The notes below the pieces were generated by a model. That model saw only the letters and a program-made list of their open reading frames with translations. It was not told the DNA's origin and did no database searches. Shown piece by piece: positions 16,143-24,631 of a stretch of 42,761 bases of DNA (the first letter of the stretch is position 1; each line of letters starts with the position of its first letter). Both the position numbers and the translations under genes were made by a program. Origin of the DNA: Candidatus Levyibacteriota bacterium (GTDB taxonomy: Bacteria; Patescibacteriota; Microgenomatia; Levybacterales; UBA12049); assembly GCA_013816255.1 (NCBI GenBank), contig JACDET010000003.1:10303-53063 (forward strand), given 5' to 3'.

Positions 16143-17744
16143 CTATGCAGCCTTTTTCAGTCTATCAAAAACTACTTGTAATTCCTGTCTTCTTGCATTG
16201 CTATCGCCTGTCATGATTACACCTACTATTGCGGATTCATCAGGTATATAGGGTTTTGGCGGTCTGGTGCGCAAAATGACTAAGCCATCTCCTCGCACAT
16301 CCTGAGCATATGTTTCTCCGATTGCTTCCGCAAAATCGGCTACCTTTACCCCTTTTGGCAGGTTATAATTATCTTCAGCCAGGATGCCATGTTCTATAAT
16401 TTCTCTCATACTTGCAACAGTTTGTGGCAAATTACCAACCAAGAGAACTTCATCAGTTGCTTCAATAAAGTTTGTTCGCCGGGGGTTACTTTCTGCTAAA
16501 AAGTACTCTGAAGGTTTTTCTAGTTGCCCATAATGTATCAGTTTGTTCTGTAGCGATGAGCTGAGTGTACGAGCCTTCATGGCACTGACTATTCTTTTTT
16601 GGACCTCCTGCTCTTCATCGCCCGGAAACATAGCATCAAAATTTATCCACCCTCGCAGCGTATTTATATCAATACCTTTTTCGCGTGCGATAGTATGCAC
16701 AAAATCTTTACCGCCATGAGTAATTCTTTCCTCAAATTCTTTCCGTTTATTTCGTAACTTTGGATCAGTAGGCTCATATGTACTCGTACCTATGCATGCT
16801 TTTGTCTGTGCATCTAATATCTGCGCATTAAATCCAAGCGGTAGGACTTCTCCATCCATAAAGTGCATTGATAATCCTGGAACTTCTTTGAGGTTTAAGG
16901 CTCGCGAAAGAACAATTGTTGCATCAGCATTGTCCGCGCTTTCTTTGATCATAAATGCTTGTGCATCGTGTAATGCATCTTCCCACGTAGTATATGGTGG
17001 TCTCTTTTTTTTATCATCAGTTTCAAGTCGTATCTCTCCATTTTTTTGTTGAATATTAAAACTTCCATATCCTCCATCGGAATAGTTTAACCTACCAAAA
17101 ACTCCCCGTATATAGTCAGGCATACCAATTGCCGTATACAGTTCTTCTTCAAAATTGAGGAGTTCTATCCCAGCTCTTGTGACCTCAGTTACAGGAACTA
17201 CCTCATGATGTGGTACCGCAAAATCTGGGTTCTGGGCTGCTTTTACACGTTCGTGAAATGTTGCTTTATTTTTGAGTTCGTGGACAATAGCAGTATGCAT
17301 TCCGCTGATACTCACTCCAGGTATATCCAAACCATTTCTTTGCCGGTACTCTGAAAAGTTCCCATTATTTAAATATGGAGCAATGAGCGCGGTATTTCCT
17401 TGTTTCAGTTCTGCTTGAAGTGTCTTTGGAGTATAGAGGGTGAATCGGTTACTGTTTCCTGAGAGTTCTCCGATGTATCGTGCTTGCGCTGTTACATTGG
17501 CTTGACCGAGTTGTAATAAACGACTTGCTGCTTCATCATGTACGTGTGGTACTTCATCAAGAAGAATTCCTTCAACCCTTCCACCAACCGGAATATGCCC
17601 AAATCGAGTATTGTATCTCCCGGCAATTTCATATTCTGTATCTTGATCTAACGCGACCAAATCGGTTATATTGTGCCGCGCAATACCGAGGTCAAACGTT
17701 TGATTGGGCGGTGCATAGGTAAATTGTCTTTCAAGATTTGGCAT
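16143..17744 (-). CDS. Divergent ATP-grasp ligase-like protein (resembles PGM1/preATP-grasp type)
   Basis: LKNKATFHE, GRLNYSDGGYGSF glycine loop, GWINFDAM, LAESNPR (ExNxR). Subfamily is inference. Confidence 0.65.
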   Translation of the reverse strand: MPNLERQFTYAPPNQTFDLGIARHNITDLVALDQDTEYEIAGRYNTRFGHIPVGGRVEGILLDEVPHVHDEAASRLLQLGQANVTAQARYIGELSGNSNRFTLYTPKTLQAELKQGNTALIAPYLNNGNFSEYRQRNGLDIPGVSISGMHTAIVHELKNKATFHERVKAAQNPDFAVPHHEVVPVTEVTRAGIELLNFEEELYTAIGMPDYIRGVFGRLNYSDGGYGSFNIQQKNGEIRLETDDKKKRPPYTTWEDALHDAQAFMIKESADNADATIVLSRALNLKEVPGLSMHFMDGEVLPLGFNAQILDAQTKACIGTSTYEPTDPKLRNKRKEFEERITHGGKDFVHTIAREKGIDINTLRGWINFDAMFPGDEEQEVQKRIVSAMKARTLSSSLQNKLIHYGQLEKPSEYFLAESNPRRTNFIEATDEVLLVGNLPQTVASMREIIEHGILAEDNYNLPKGVKVADFAEAIGETYAQDVRGDGLVILRTRPPKPYIPDESAIVGVIMTGDSNARRQELQVVFDRLKKAA

Positions 17745-17752
17745 ATAAATAC

Positions 17753-17775
17753 AAAAAAACCCGCTTGTGGCGGGG
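17753..17775 (-). terminator. Attenuator terminator upstream of the ATP-grasp gene
   Basis: Minus strand CCCGC-CACAA-GCGGG-TTTTTTT; upstream GGGAGACATG...CGTGTT..TCCC can sequester the 5' arm. Confidence 0.85.
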
Positions 17776-17801
17776 ATCGTAACACGTGCATGTCTCCCTG
17801 T

Positions 17802-17846
17802 TTAATGGGTAATGAACATAGCAATCATAATTACTGAGAGTTTCAT
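17802..17846 (-). CDS. Leader peptide MKLSVIMIAMFITH
   Basis: 14-aa Ile/Met-rich ORF 9 nt after TTGACA-17-TAGAAT, ending just before the antiterminator. Confidence 0.78.
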   Translation of the reverse strand: MKLSVIMIAMFITH

Positions 17847-17855
17847 TATGAGATC

Positions 17856-17884
17856 ATTCTAGATAAATGTTTGGAGAATGTCAA
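17856..17884 (-). promoter_or_regulatory. Sigma70 promoter of the ATP-grasp leader
   Basis: TTGACA-17-TAGAAT. Confidence 0.8.
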
Positions 17885-17886
17885 TT

Positions 17887-18264
17887 CTATGAAGCTAATG
17901 CGATGACTTCTATTTCAACTTTTGCATCCTTTGGAAGTTGATTGACGCCGACTGTTCCGCGGGCTGGTTTTGTATTTCCAAAGTATGTTTCGTAAACTGC
18001 ATTAAAGGTTTGGAATTCCGCTATGTTTGTAAGATAGCACGTCGTTTTAACTACATTCTCCAGCGAACTTCCGGATGCCTCCAGAACTGCTTTGAGGTTT
18101 TGGATGACTTGATGCGTTTGTGCTGTTACATCATCTCCCGCAAATGTTCCATCGGGTGTTAATCCAATTTGGCCTGAGCAAAAGACGAAACCATTTGCCA
18201 CAATGGCTTGTGAATACGGGCCGATTGCCTGTGGTGCTTGGTTGGTTTGAATTCTTTTAATCAT
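17887..18264 (-). CDS. ridA: RidA family reactive imine/enamine deaminase
   Basis: APQAIGPYSQA, SGQIG, VVKTT, FNAVY, PAR, LPK..KVEIE. Confidence 0.95.
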   Translation of the reverse strand: MIKRIQTNQAPQAIGPYSQAIVANGFVFCSGQIGLTPDGTFAGDDVTAQTHQVIQNLKAVLEASGSSLENVVKTTCYLTNIAEFQTFNAVYETYFGNTKPARGTVGVNQLPKDAKVEIEVIALAS

Positions 18265-18272
18265 ATTTATAT

Positions 18273-18361
18273 GTCATCCCGACCAACGTGAAGGGATCTT
18301 TTACAACAGTGGTTTTTTAGAAATCTGGTGAGACAGATCTCTCGGCTACGCTCGAGATGAC
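18273..18361. repeat. REP doublet
   Basis: GTCATCCCGACCAACGTGAAGGGATCT...AGATCTCTCGGCTACGCTCGAGATGAC. Confidence 0.8.
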
Positions 18362-18364
18362 AAA

Positions 18365-19618
18365 CTATATTAATAAATTATACATGATATCTTCGCTCTC
18401 AATCTTTCTGTATCGCAGTTGAATCGTGTCCATTTTCTTAAGAAGCACTTCGAGATCTGACTTCTTTGAAAGTTCTATTCCAACAAGTGCAGGACCTTTT
18501 TCGCGATTGGTTTTCTTCATGTATTCGAATAAGACAATATCATCGGTTGGCCCCAAAGCTTCATTTAAAAGCATTCTGAGCTGGCCGGGTTTTTGGGCAA
18601 ATTGGATGACAAAATAATGTTTGAGTCCAAGATAAACAAGGCTTCGTTCCATAATGTCAGGATAGCGCAGGATATCATTGTTTCCTCCGCTTAAAATACA
18701 AACGACTGTTTTACCTTTGATCATTGGCGCGAGATCATCAAGGGCTGCTATTGATAATGCACCAGCAGGCTCTGCGATAATACCGTCGTTTTGGTAAAGT
18801 TCAATCATTGTTGTGCAAACTTTACCTTCAGAAATGACTACGATGTCTTTGAGGTATTTTTGACATATTTTATAGGTCAAACTACCAACTTTCATAACTG
18901 CTGCCCCGTCAACAAATGAATCAATCTTCTCAAGTTTTATCACCTCACCGTTTTTCAATGCAGTTTGCATTGAAGGCGCACCAAGTGGTTCACAACCGAT
19001 GATAGAAATAGTTGGTTTTTTGGCTTTGAGATATGTTGCGACACCCGATATGAGGCCACCACCCCCAACTGCGGCGATGACAACATCAATTGTATCGCCT
19101 AACATTTCGTATATTTCTTTTGCTACAGTCCCCTGCCCTGCGATAACTACAGGATCATCAAATGGATGGACGTACACTGCTTTATGTTGGTCTTTGTACG
19201 CAATCGAAGCACTGTACGCATCGTCAAAAGTTGTACCAACGAGATGGACTGTCACATATTTCCCTCCGAATTGTTTTACCTTTTCTATTTTTTGATTTGG
19301 AGTAATCTGTGGCATAAAAATTGCACCTTTTATCTGGAGTTCCGAGCAACTTCTTGCAACACCTTGTGCGTGATTGCCCGCACTTGCACAGACGATACCA
19401 CGCTTTTTTTCTTCCTTTGTCAAAGAACGTATCTTGTTATATGCGCCACGGATTTTAAACGATCGAACCTCTTGCAGATCTTCTCGTTTGATGTAAATCT
19501 CAGCACTATATTTTTGTGACAATCGTTTTGCATACTGTAATGGAGTATCAGATATTATCTCTGCTACTCGCACAGCTGCTTCATCAATTGCTATTGGTGA
19601 CACTAATTGTGATTTCAT
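18365..19618 (-). CDS. ilvA: Threonine ammonia-lyase, biosynthetic (single regulatory domain); start revised to 19618
   Basis: KREDLQEVRSFKIRGA, SAGNHAQG, HPFDD..VIAGQGT, VGGGGL, EPAGAL, SGGNND, QKPGQL...FEYMKK. Confidence 0.96.
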   Translation of the reverse strand: MKSQLVSPIAIDEAAVRVAEIISDTPLQYAKRLSQKYSAEIYIKREDLQEVRSFKIRGAYNKIRSLTKEEKKRGIVCASAGNHAQGVARSCSELQIKGAIFMPQITPNQKIEKVKQFGGKYVTVHLVGTTFDDAYSASIAYKDQHKAVYVHPFDDPVVIAGQGTVAKEIYEMLGDTIDVVIAAVGGGGLISGVATYLKAKKPTISIIGCEPLGAPSMQTALKNGEVIKLEKIDSFVDGAAVMKVGSLTYKICQKYLKDIVVISEGKVCTTMIELYQNDGIIAEPAGALSIAALDDLAPMIKGKTVVCILSGGNNDILRYPDIMERSLVYLGLKHYFVIQFAQKPGQLRMLLNEALGPTDDIVLFEYMKKTNREKGPALVGIELSKKSDLEVLLKKMDTIQLRYRKIESEDIMYNLLI

Positions 19619-19644
19619 AATGACCTGTTTTAAAAGAAAAGCAT

Positions 19645-19668
19645 AAAAAAACCCGCCTTTTAGCGGGT
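19645..19668 (-). terminator. Attenuator terminator upstream of ilvA
   Basis: Minus strand ACCCGC-TAAAAG-GCGGGT-TTTTTT; antiterminator AGCGG-ATTGATT/AATCAAT-CCGCT. Confidence 0.9.
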
Positions 19669-19697
19669 ATTGATTATTACAATAACAATCAATCCGC

Positions 19698-19748
19698 TCA
19701 GCGGGTACTAATTGCAATAAAAATACGTAATTTGAGTTGTACAACCAT
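19698..19748 (-). CDS. ilvA leader peptide MVVQLKLRIFIAISTR
   Basis: 16-aa Ile/Leu/Val-rich ORF (I-F-I-A-I), 6 nt after TTGACT-17-TACTAT. Confidence 0.88.
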   Translation of the reverse strand: MVVQLKLRIFIAISTR

Positions 19749-19754
19749 AAAGAA

Positions 19755-19783
19755 ATAGTAGTTAGAATTATTCTAAAAGTCAA
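19755..19783 (-). promoter_or_regulatory. Sigma70 promoter of the ilvA leader
   Basis: TTGACT-17-TACTAT. Confidence 0.7.
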
Positions 19784-19808
19784 CTATGGATGGATCAAAA
19801 TATGGTGA

Positions 19809-20486
19809 TCAGCCTGCAGAATTTTGTATGGTTGTTCTTTCTCCTGATTGATGCATCGACATATCTGTGACATCAAGACCTTTTTTGCCTTTTTTACCTT
19901 TGACTACATTTAACCATGCGCCACTGTCTTCAACTTTTTCTCGTGCCTGACGGATAACAATAAGCATCCATTCAAAGAAAGTTGTGTGATATTGTCCAAC
20001 TTCTTTATGTGATTGCTCAACACCAATCTCAGCAAATTCCATCTTCAACACTTTTGAAGATGCTACCAATTTGGCGAGTTCAGCTTTGATCTCTTCTACA
20101 TTTTGATTCATCTGATGTGTTTCAGATTTGGCAGAGTGCTCACTACTTTTTTGAATATCGCGGCTGTAATTCATAGCAGCTTCAATGTTTGGAGCTTTTT
20201 CACTTGAGGCTTTTTTCTCAGATTTAGCATTACTGAATACAAATAAATCCACAATTTCTATTCCTGAAGTTGTAAACTTTTTCTCTGGCTGCTTTACTTC
20301 AACTGCATTATCTTTTGGAGTTCCAACTAATTCAAGACCGAGAAGTTGTTTGAGGAAGGTTTTTCCAGATTCGTTTGCTTCATTAATTGCAGCTTTTTGT
20401 ACTTCTTTTACAGCTTTATTTCCGTGCTCTGTGAGCCGTTCGTGAGCTGCAAGGGAATTATGTGTTTTAGTCTTCGCACCTGCCAT
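19809..20486 (-). CDS. CPR conserved protein (DUF5660-like)
   Basis: GQYHTTFFEWML..IRQAREKVEDSGAWL...SGER; family assignment from memory. Confidence 0.6.
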   Translation of the reverse strand: MAGAKTKTHNSLAAHERLTEHGNKAVKEVQKAAINEANESGKTFLKQLLGLELVGTPKDNAVEVKQPEKKFTTSGIEIVDLFVFSNAKSEKKASSEKAPNIEAAMNYSRDIQKSSEHSAKSETHQMNQNVEEIKAELAKLVASSKVLKMEFAEIGVEQSHKEVGQYHTTFFEWMLIVIRQAREKVEDSGAWLNVVKGKKGKKGLDVTDMSMHQSGERTTIQNSAG

Positions 20487-20501
20487 AGTTATAGGACTTT
20501 A

Positions 20502-21374
20502 TCACAGATTCATTAATAAATCAAGCGTTTTCTGTTGACGGAGAATTCCGGCAAGTAAATACCTATTGGCTTCCATGCTTTGTCGTTCGGCTGGATCTTT
20601 GGCTTTTGTGATAGCTTCTTCAATCTCTTTTTCTTCAACAGTAACCTTTTCAAGCTCTGCAATCTTTTGGAGAACAAATTCTAATTTGATATCTTCTTCA
20701 GCCCGCTTTGCGTATTCGAGGCGGAGATCTTCAGGTTTGCGGTTGGTCGTACCGAGATATTGATCGAGACTGAGGCCGAGGCGTTTGATGTCATTGAGTA
20801 ATTGTGAGAGAAGTCTATCTGCTTCTTGATCGATAAGGACTGCCGGCACTTGCACTTTTGCGTCTGAAAGAATTGCTTTCATGACTTCTTCAAGTGGTGG
20901 TTTTTTACTTGCTTCTTCTTTGCCAGGGATAACAATTTTACTTTTTGCAGTTACACCTTGGACATTCTTTTTGTAACTTCCTGGATTCACTTCAGGCATT
21001 TCTGCTGTTAATGCGTTAAAAATCCAGTCTTTACCCTCTTCAATCTTCTCGACCTGCATTTTAGGATTCATAATTGGTTTGAGTTTGTGCTCTTCAACAG
21101 CTTCCATATATGCCTGAGGAAGGAGTCTTTTGAGGATTTCTTCACGGATAGCTTCAGGATTAAGATGGCTTGCAGCCACTTCAGTTGGTGCCTTGCCTGG
21201 CCTAAAACCTGCGACATTTGTTTGCTTCGCTAAATGGTCAATAACAGCCGTTCCTGTTGTTGCAATTGCTTCTTGAGAAAGAGTCAAAGTAATTTTGATA
21301 GTCCCATCCGCTTGTCTCTCAACAGTAGGTTTGGTAGGTGCTTTTTTTTCTGGAGTTGTTGGTTCTTTTGCCAT
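20502..21374 (-). CDS. tig: Trigger factor lacking the FKBP PPIase domain
   Basis: VAGFRPGKAP ribosome-binding signature; N domain runs straight into the C domain; 290 aa from ATG 21374. Confidence 0.9.
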   Translation of the reverse strand: MAKEPTTPEKKAPTKPTVERQADGTIKITLTLSQEAIATTGTAVIDHLAKQTNVAGFRPGKAPTEVAASHLNPEAIREEILKRLLPQAYMEAVEEHKLKPIMNPKMQVEKIEEGKDWIFNALTAEMPEVNPGSYKKNVQGVTAKSKIVIPGKEEASKKPPLEEVMKAILSDAKVQVPAVLIDQEADRLLSQLLNDIKRLGLSLDQYLGTTNRKPEDLRLEYAKRAEEDIKLEFVLQKIAELEKVTVEEKEIEEAITKAKDPAERQSMEANRYLLAGILRQQKTLDLLMNL

Positions 21375-21497
21375 AAGTTTGATTAAGAACAAAGAAAGTA
21401 TCTCACATTCTTTACCCGAATTATACAAGATTTTATGTTTCCAGGCAAGGAGAAAATCCACGCCAAAAGCTATAATCTTATAGTATGTTATACTTCA

Positions 21498-22166
21498 ATG
21501 AATATGACGCGAAGCTTAGAAAACTACTATTGTACAACAACAGCCAGCAGAAATAACGGTTTGCGTGTTTATGAAGGTCAATCACGGGAGCAATTACTGT
21601 TACAGAATCTTCAGCCGAGATTTGCAAGGTTCATTGAGGCTTTCCCTATTTATCTTCCCCGTTATGCTATGTCATTTGAAGGATCCTTCATGCGTGCATC
21701 TCTAGATGATCAGAGAATATTTACTGGAGCCATCTTTGCAGGACGTATTGTTGAAGATATGTATGATGATACACTTGCACAGCGAGCGCTTAAATTAGAC
21801 GATCCTAGTATGCAAATAGAAGATTTATGGTTAAGCAGTACTCTTACAAAAACAACAAAAAATATTTTAGATGCAATTAATGTAAAAACTACCTATGCAA
21901 AAGCTTGCATGGGATCTTCAATGTATGATCAAGGAATCGCTCAACGAGCGTTCCTCACAGCGGACAATGGACGGATACTCATCGATCCCACACTCATGTT
22001 AACTGAACCATGTGACATTAGTCCCGCAGGATTAATGAGAAACATGGACGGTCGTACCTATATGGACACGCAACCTAAAGCAGGAGCTATATATGTAGGG
22101 CTAAATATGCGAGCAAAATACTACTCCAAAGTAAAATTCTACCCCGAATCTTGGTACAGACTCTGA
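21498..22166 (+). CDS. Hypothetical protein
   Basis: Open frame divergent from tig; TG-TATACT just upstream of ATG 21498/21504; contains ILIDPT. Confidence 0.6.
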   Translation: MNMTRSLENYYCTTTASRNNGLRVYEGQSREQLLLQNLQPRFARFIEAFPIYLPRYAMSFEGSFMRASLDDQRIFTGAIFAGRIVEDMYDDTLAQRALKLDDPSMQIEDLWLSSTLTKTTKNILDAINVKTTYAKACMGSSMYDQGIAQRAFLTADNGRILIDPTLMLTEPCDISPAGLMRNMDGRTYMDTQPKAGAIYVGLNMRAKYYSKVKFYPESWYRL

Positions 22167-22205
22167 TACGGATACAAGATGTGTAGGTTAGAATTATTAT
22201 TTCGT

Positions 22206-23005
22206 GCAACTCGACACCAGGAGTCAGCTAGGTTCAGACATCGGGCTATACTTTACATCGTGTGATCAGTCTTGCTTTAATAGATATATGCCTCGTAGAA
22301 ATATAATTCTAGCTCAAGATGAAATGTATCATGTTTTCAATAGAGGTGTAGCTAGGATGCCTATCTTTCTTGCCTCAAAACATTATTTAAGATTCGTGGA
22401 TTTAGTGAACTATTATCGGTTTGCTAATCTTCAGCTTTGTTACTCGTCTTTTAACAATTTGCCCCTAGATTTGAGAACTGTACGGTTTGATGCAATACAG
22501 CAAGAGAACAATCATCATGTAGAAATTCTAGCTTTTTGCCTCATGCCAAACCATTTTCATTTCTTAATAAAACAGACAAGTCCAGATGGCATTACGAAAT
22601 TTATGAGGCATCTACAAGACAGTTATACAAAATACTTTAATATAACCTCTAACAGAGTAGGTCCCTTATACCAATCAGCATTTAAAGCCGTCAGGATTGA
22701 ATCTGATGAACAGCTTTTGCATGTTTCTCGATACATTCACATAAATCCGACTACTTCGTATTTGGTAAGTATCGAAAAATTACACGCATATACTTGGTCA
22801 TCGTTGCCAATGTATATCGGCACCGAGCTTTCGTACCCATTTATTGCTACAGAGACTATAGATGCTTTCTTCAAAAGTAAAGATGCTTATAGAGAGTTTG
22901 TCTATGATCAAATTGATTATCAACGAGAATTAAGTAAGATTAAACACCTCTTATTGGAGTAAAATCCCGATGTCTGAACCTAGTTGACACCTGGTGTCGA
23001 GCTGC
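22206..23005 (+). mobile_element. RAYT locus bounded by 40-bp inverted REP-like repeats
   Basis: 22206-22245 and the reverse complement of 22966-23005 match at 37/40 nt; each holds a GACACC-N-GG(T/A)GTC palindrome. Confidence 0.88.
22288..22962 (+). CDS. REP-associated tyrosine transposase (Y1 HUH, IS200/IS605 superfamily)
   Basis: MPRR..YHVFNRG, FCLMPNHFHFL (HUH), YTKYFN, GPLYQSAF, RYIHINP, YTWSS; start revised to 22288. Confidence 0.95.
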   Translation: MPRRNIILAQDEMYHVFNRGVARMPIFLASKHYLRFVDLVNYYRFANLQLCYSSFNNLPLDLRTVRFDAIQQENNHHVEILAFCLMPNHFHFLIKQTSPDGITKFMRHLQDSYTKYFNITSNRVGPLYQSAFKAVRIESDEQLLHVSRYIHINPTTSYLVSIEKLHAYTWSSLPMYIGTELSYPFIATETIDAFFKSKDAYREFVYDQIDYQRELSKIKHLLLE

Positions 23006-23035
23006 GGCTATTTAGTAAAATCCTAGTATTTGCAA

Positions 23036-23944
23036 TTATTTAACACTTGATGGTAGATGTGTGTGCTCCCATGCTAACCACTCATCAACAATACCTGGTA
23101 GATATGATGTATCAATAAGGGGTTTGCCTCTTGATGAACGTGCGAGACCGAGCTTCCATACTACATTTCGCAACTCACCGATAATAACAAATGCGTACAC
23201 TGCTTTTTCATTTTCCATACTAAACGTGCGAATTGAGCGGTAGCCTTCTAGCCAAGATTTAAAATATTTTTCCGAAAACTTAAGAACTCCATATGGTTCA
23301 ATTGCTCTAAAGCTTTCTCCTGCACTATCAAAATCAAATACAGTAATTCTGTCTCCATCAATGTGTATGTTATCAAGTGTCAGGTCCATATGACAAACCC
23401 CTCGATCCAAGTGAGGATTTGCGAGTATCTGTTTCATCCTATTACCTAAATCTTTAACTCTTGACCACTGGTTACTTTCAATAAGAGGGTCCTTCATTAA
23501 CTGCAACTGCTCATCAATGAGAACTGTCACATCATATTTCTCACGAGACAATAGTGACGTAAACCCGTCAGCGGCTTGATGTATTTGTGCTGCAGCTTTT
23601 CCAAGGAGAATATATGTGCCCGGTCCAGCCTGCGGTTTCTCGCCTGGTGCCCATGCAAATAACACTGCAGTTCGGTCCAGTCCGTCTCCTTGGATCGTTT
23701 CGACATATCCGTTTTTGCTTCGTACAGGTTTGGCTACTGGCACACCTTTTTGAAGAAGATGCAGCGTGAGTTCAATTTCCCATTGCACCTCTGCAGCTGT
23801 TCTTGATGCAGGGTTATATAGTTTAAGAGCAAAACGACCTGTTGGTGTAGTTACGGAGATCGCATAATTGGCAAGCGTATCTAAAGGTACACAGATAGCA
23901 TTCGTTATACCATAATACTTTTCAAGCTGCTTTTGGAGTTGCAT
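23036..23944 (-). CDS. APH/homoserine kinase type II-like phosphotransferase
   Basis: ALKLY, CHMDLTLDNI (Brenner motif), VFDFD. Confidence 0.88.
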   Translation of the reverse strand: MQLQKQLEKYYGITNAICVPLDTLANYAISVTTPTGRFALKLYNPASRTAAEVQWEIELTLHLLQKGVPVAKPVRSKNGYVETIQGDGLDRTAVLFAWAPGEKPQAGPGTYILLGKAAAQIHQAADGFTSLLSREKYDVTVLIDEQLQLMKDPLIESNQWSRVKDLGNRMKQILANPHLDRGVCHMDLTLDNIHIDGDRITVFDFDSAGESFRAIEPYGVLKFSEKYFKSWLEGYRSIRTFSMENEKAVYAFVIIGELRNVVWKLGLARSSRGKPLIDTSYLPGIVDEWLAWEHTHLPSSVK

Positions 23945-24050
23945 AAGATGTTCAAATACATTAATGTGCGGAGTAATGGACGAGGTTAGAACCTCATTTC
24001 AGGAATTTAACTTCATTTATCCCATACCCAACTTTAATTCTCTTAACAAT

Positions 24051-24596
24051 CTACATTCCTAGGTAACTTTTGGCTTTTAAGATTAAAGCAGTAGATGCTC
24101 CATGTGTTATTTTGCTATCGATAACCCACTGAATTGCCTCTGACATGGAAACTTTTATTACTTTAATATTCTCTGTTCCTTCGGGATTTGCATCAGAAAA
24201 CTTTAATCCTTTAGCAAGATATAGATAATTTGGTGAAACAACAACTGTTGTAAATGGGTCTATTACTCCAAGGTCTACTAATTCATCCGCAATAATTCCT
24301 GTTTCTTCCTGTAATTCTCTTACCGCAGCTTCTTGTTTGTTCTCCTCTTGGTCAATTCCACCACTAATTACCTCGATAGTTTCTCGTTCAACAGCATAGT
24401 GATACTCTTTTGTGAGATAAACATTTCCTTCATTATCAATGGGCAAAATAGAAACTCCAGGTTTCATCTCAACAACGCCAAAAATGCCTTCTTTTCCATC
24501 AGGACGAATAACTTTATCCTCTTTAACGAATATCCAAGGGTTTTGATAAACCTTTTTACTTTTTATAACAGTCCAAAGACCTTTTTTGGTATTCAT
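24051..24596 (-). CDS. NUDIX hydrolase (ADP-ribose pyrophosphatase-like)
   Basis: GGIDQEENKQEAAVRELQEETG Nudix box; VYQNPWI. Confidence 0.93.
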   Translation of the reverse strand: MNTKKGLWTVIKSKKVYQNPWIFVKEDKVIRPDGKEGIFGVVEMKPGVSILPIDNEGNVYLTKEYHYAVERETIEVISGGIDQEENKQEAAVRELQEETGIIADELVDLGVIDPFTTVVVSPNYLYLAKGLKFSDANPEGTENIKVIKVSMSEAIQWVIDSKITHGASTALILKAKSYLGM

Positions 24597-24631
24597 TTGT
24601 TTTAATTTTGGCTAATCGATTAGCCGATTTG

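Noticed and set aside
19698-20504. TGA recoding (genetic code 25)
   Set aside because: TGA ends tig, the DUF5660-like gene and infC at plausible positions, and Gly/Trp motifs are intact under code 11.
22288-23035. IS200/IS605 element with TnpB or IscB
   Set aside because: No RuvC-type gene is adjacent; protein length and motifs match RAYT.
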